The translations under genes and the position numbers were made by a program. The notes beneath the pieces are model-generated. The model did not search any database. It was not told the origin of the DNA and was given only the letters and a program-made list of their open reading frames with translations. Below are positions 63,330 to 64,000 of a stretch of 64,000 bases of DNA, piece by piece. Each line of letters opens with the position of its first letter. Within the stretch, counting starts at the first letter, position 1. The stretch comes from Macrostomum lignano (taxonomy: Eukaryota), in the NCBI GenBank assembly GCA_002269645.1, contig NIVC01001667.1, positions 62,001 to 126,000 of the forward strand. Reading direction: 5' to 3'.

Positions 63330-64000
63330 GAGGAGAGGGGAGTTAAGTTAACATTGCTAACAGACGAGAGGGGAGGACTCGAGGAGAATAGGGAAGAGGA
63401 GTCGGGAAAGAAGAGTAGAGAAGGGGAAGAGGGGAGAGGAGAAGATAGGAGATGAGAGGAGAGGGGGGAGAGGGGAAGAGAAGAGAGAAGGAGAGAGGAG
63501 AGAAGGGGAGAGGAGAAAGAAGAGGAGAGAAGGGGAAGAGGGGAGAGGAGAAGATAGGAGATGAGAGGAGAGGGGGGAGAGGGGAAGAGAAGAGAGAAGG
63601 GGAGAGGAGAGAAGGGGAGAGGAGAGAAGGGGAGAAGAGGGAAGGGAGAGGAGAGAAGGGGAGAAGAGGGAAGGGGAGAGGAGAGAAGGGGAGAAGAGAG
63701 AAGGGGAGAGGAGAGAAGGGGAGAAGAGAGAAGGGGAGAAGAGAGAAGGGGAGAGGAGAGAAGGGGAGAGGAGAGAAGGGGAGAAGAGAGAAGGGGAGAG
63801 AAGAGAAGGGGAGAAGAGAGAAGGGGAGAGGAGAGAAGGGGAGAAGAGAGAAGGGGAGAGGAGAGAAGGGGAGAAGAGAGAAGGGGAGAGGAGAGAAGGG
63901 GAGAAGAGAGAAGGGGAGAGGAGAGAAGGGGAGAGGAGAGAAGGGGAGAAGAGAGAAGGGGAGAGGAGAGAAGGGGAGAGGAGAGAAGGGGAGAAGAGAG
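63330..64000. repeat. GA-rich 15-bp array GAGAGGAGAGAAGGG to window end
   Basis: Polypurine. Confidence 0.95.

Overview
Repeat-rich animal genomic DNA with spliced genes and no prokaryotic features. The gene content and one-minisatellite-per-intron architecture resemble a free-living flatworm such as Macrostomum (inference only). I reconstructed five genes by hand from splice sites and reading-frame phase. (1) A type IV diacylglycerol kinase (rdgA/DGKZ-like; minus strand, 13 exons, 108-20524, running off the left edge). (2) A 4-exon orphan rhodopsin-class peptide GPCR (minus, 23779-27805). (3) An unknown low-complexity protein (minus, 31756-34161). (4) A membrane-anchored FkbM-like SAM methyltransferase (plus, 34852-37437), head-to-head with (3). 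(5) The ParaHox gene Cdx/caudal (minus, 51823-59381). Mobile DNA: a 5'-truncated RNase H-bearing LINE flanked by a ~1.7 kb direct duplication, three hAT-type MITEs with 8-bp target-site duplications, a deleted mariner, and a possible Helentron-like element. Roughly 40% of the window (hand estimate) is about 38 different tandem arrays; most long ORFs in the track are artefacts of these. Most notable: the 1.7 kb duplication around the LINE, a 41-bp minisatellite apparently seeded from an exon/donor junction that multimerises an optimal TCF site, TCF plus Helper site pairs around Cdx, and a candidate Golgi glycan methyltransferase. Coordinates were counted manually; repeat boundaries are approximate.
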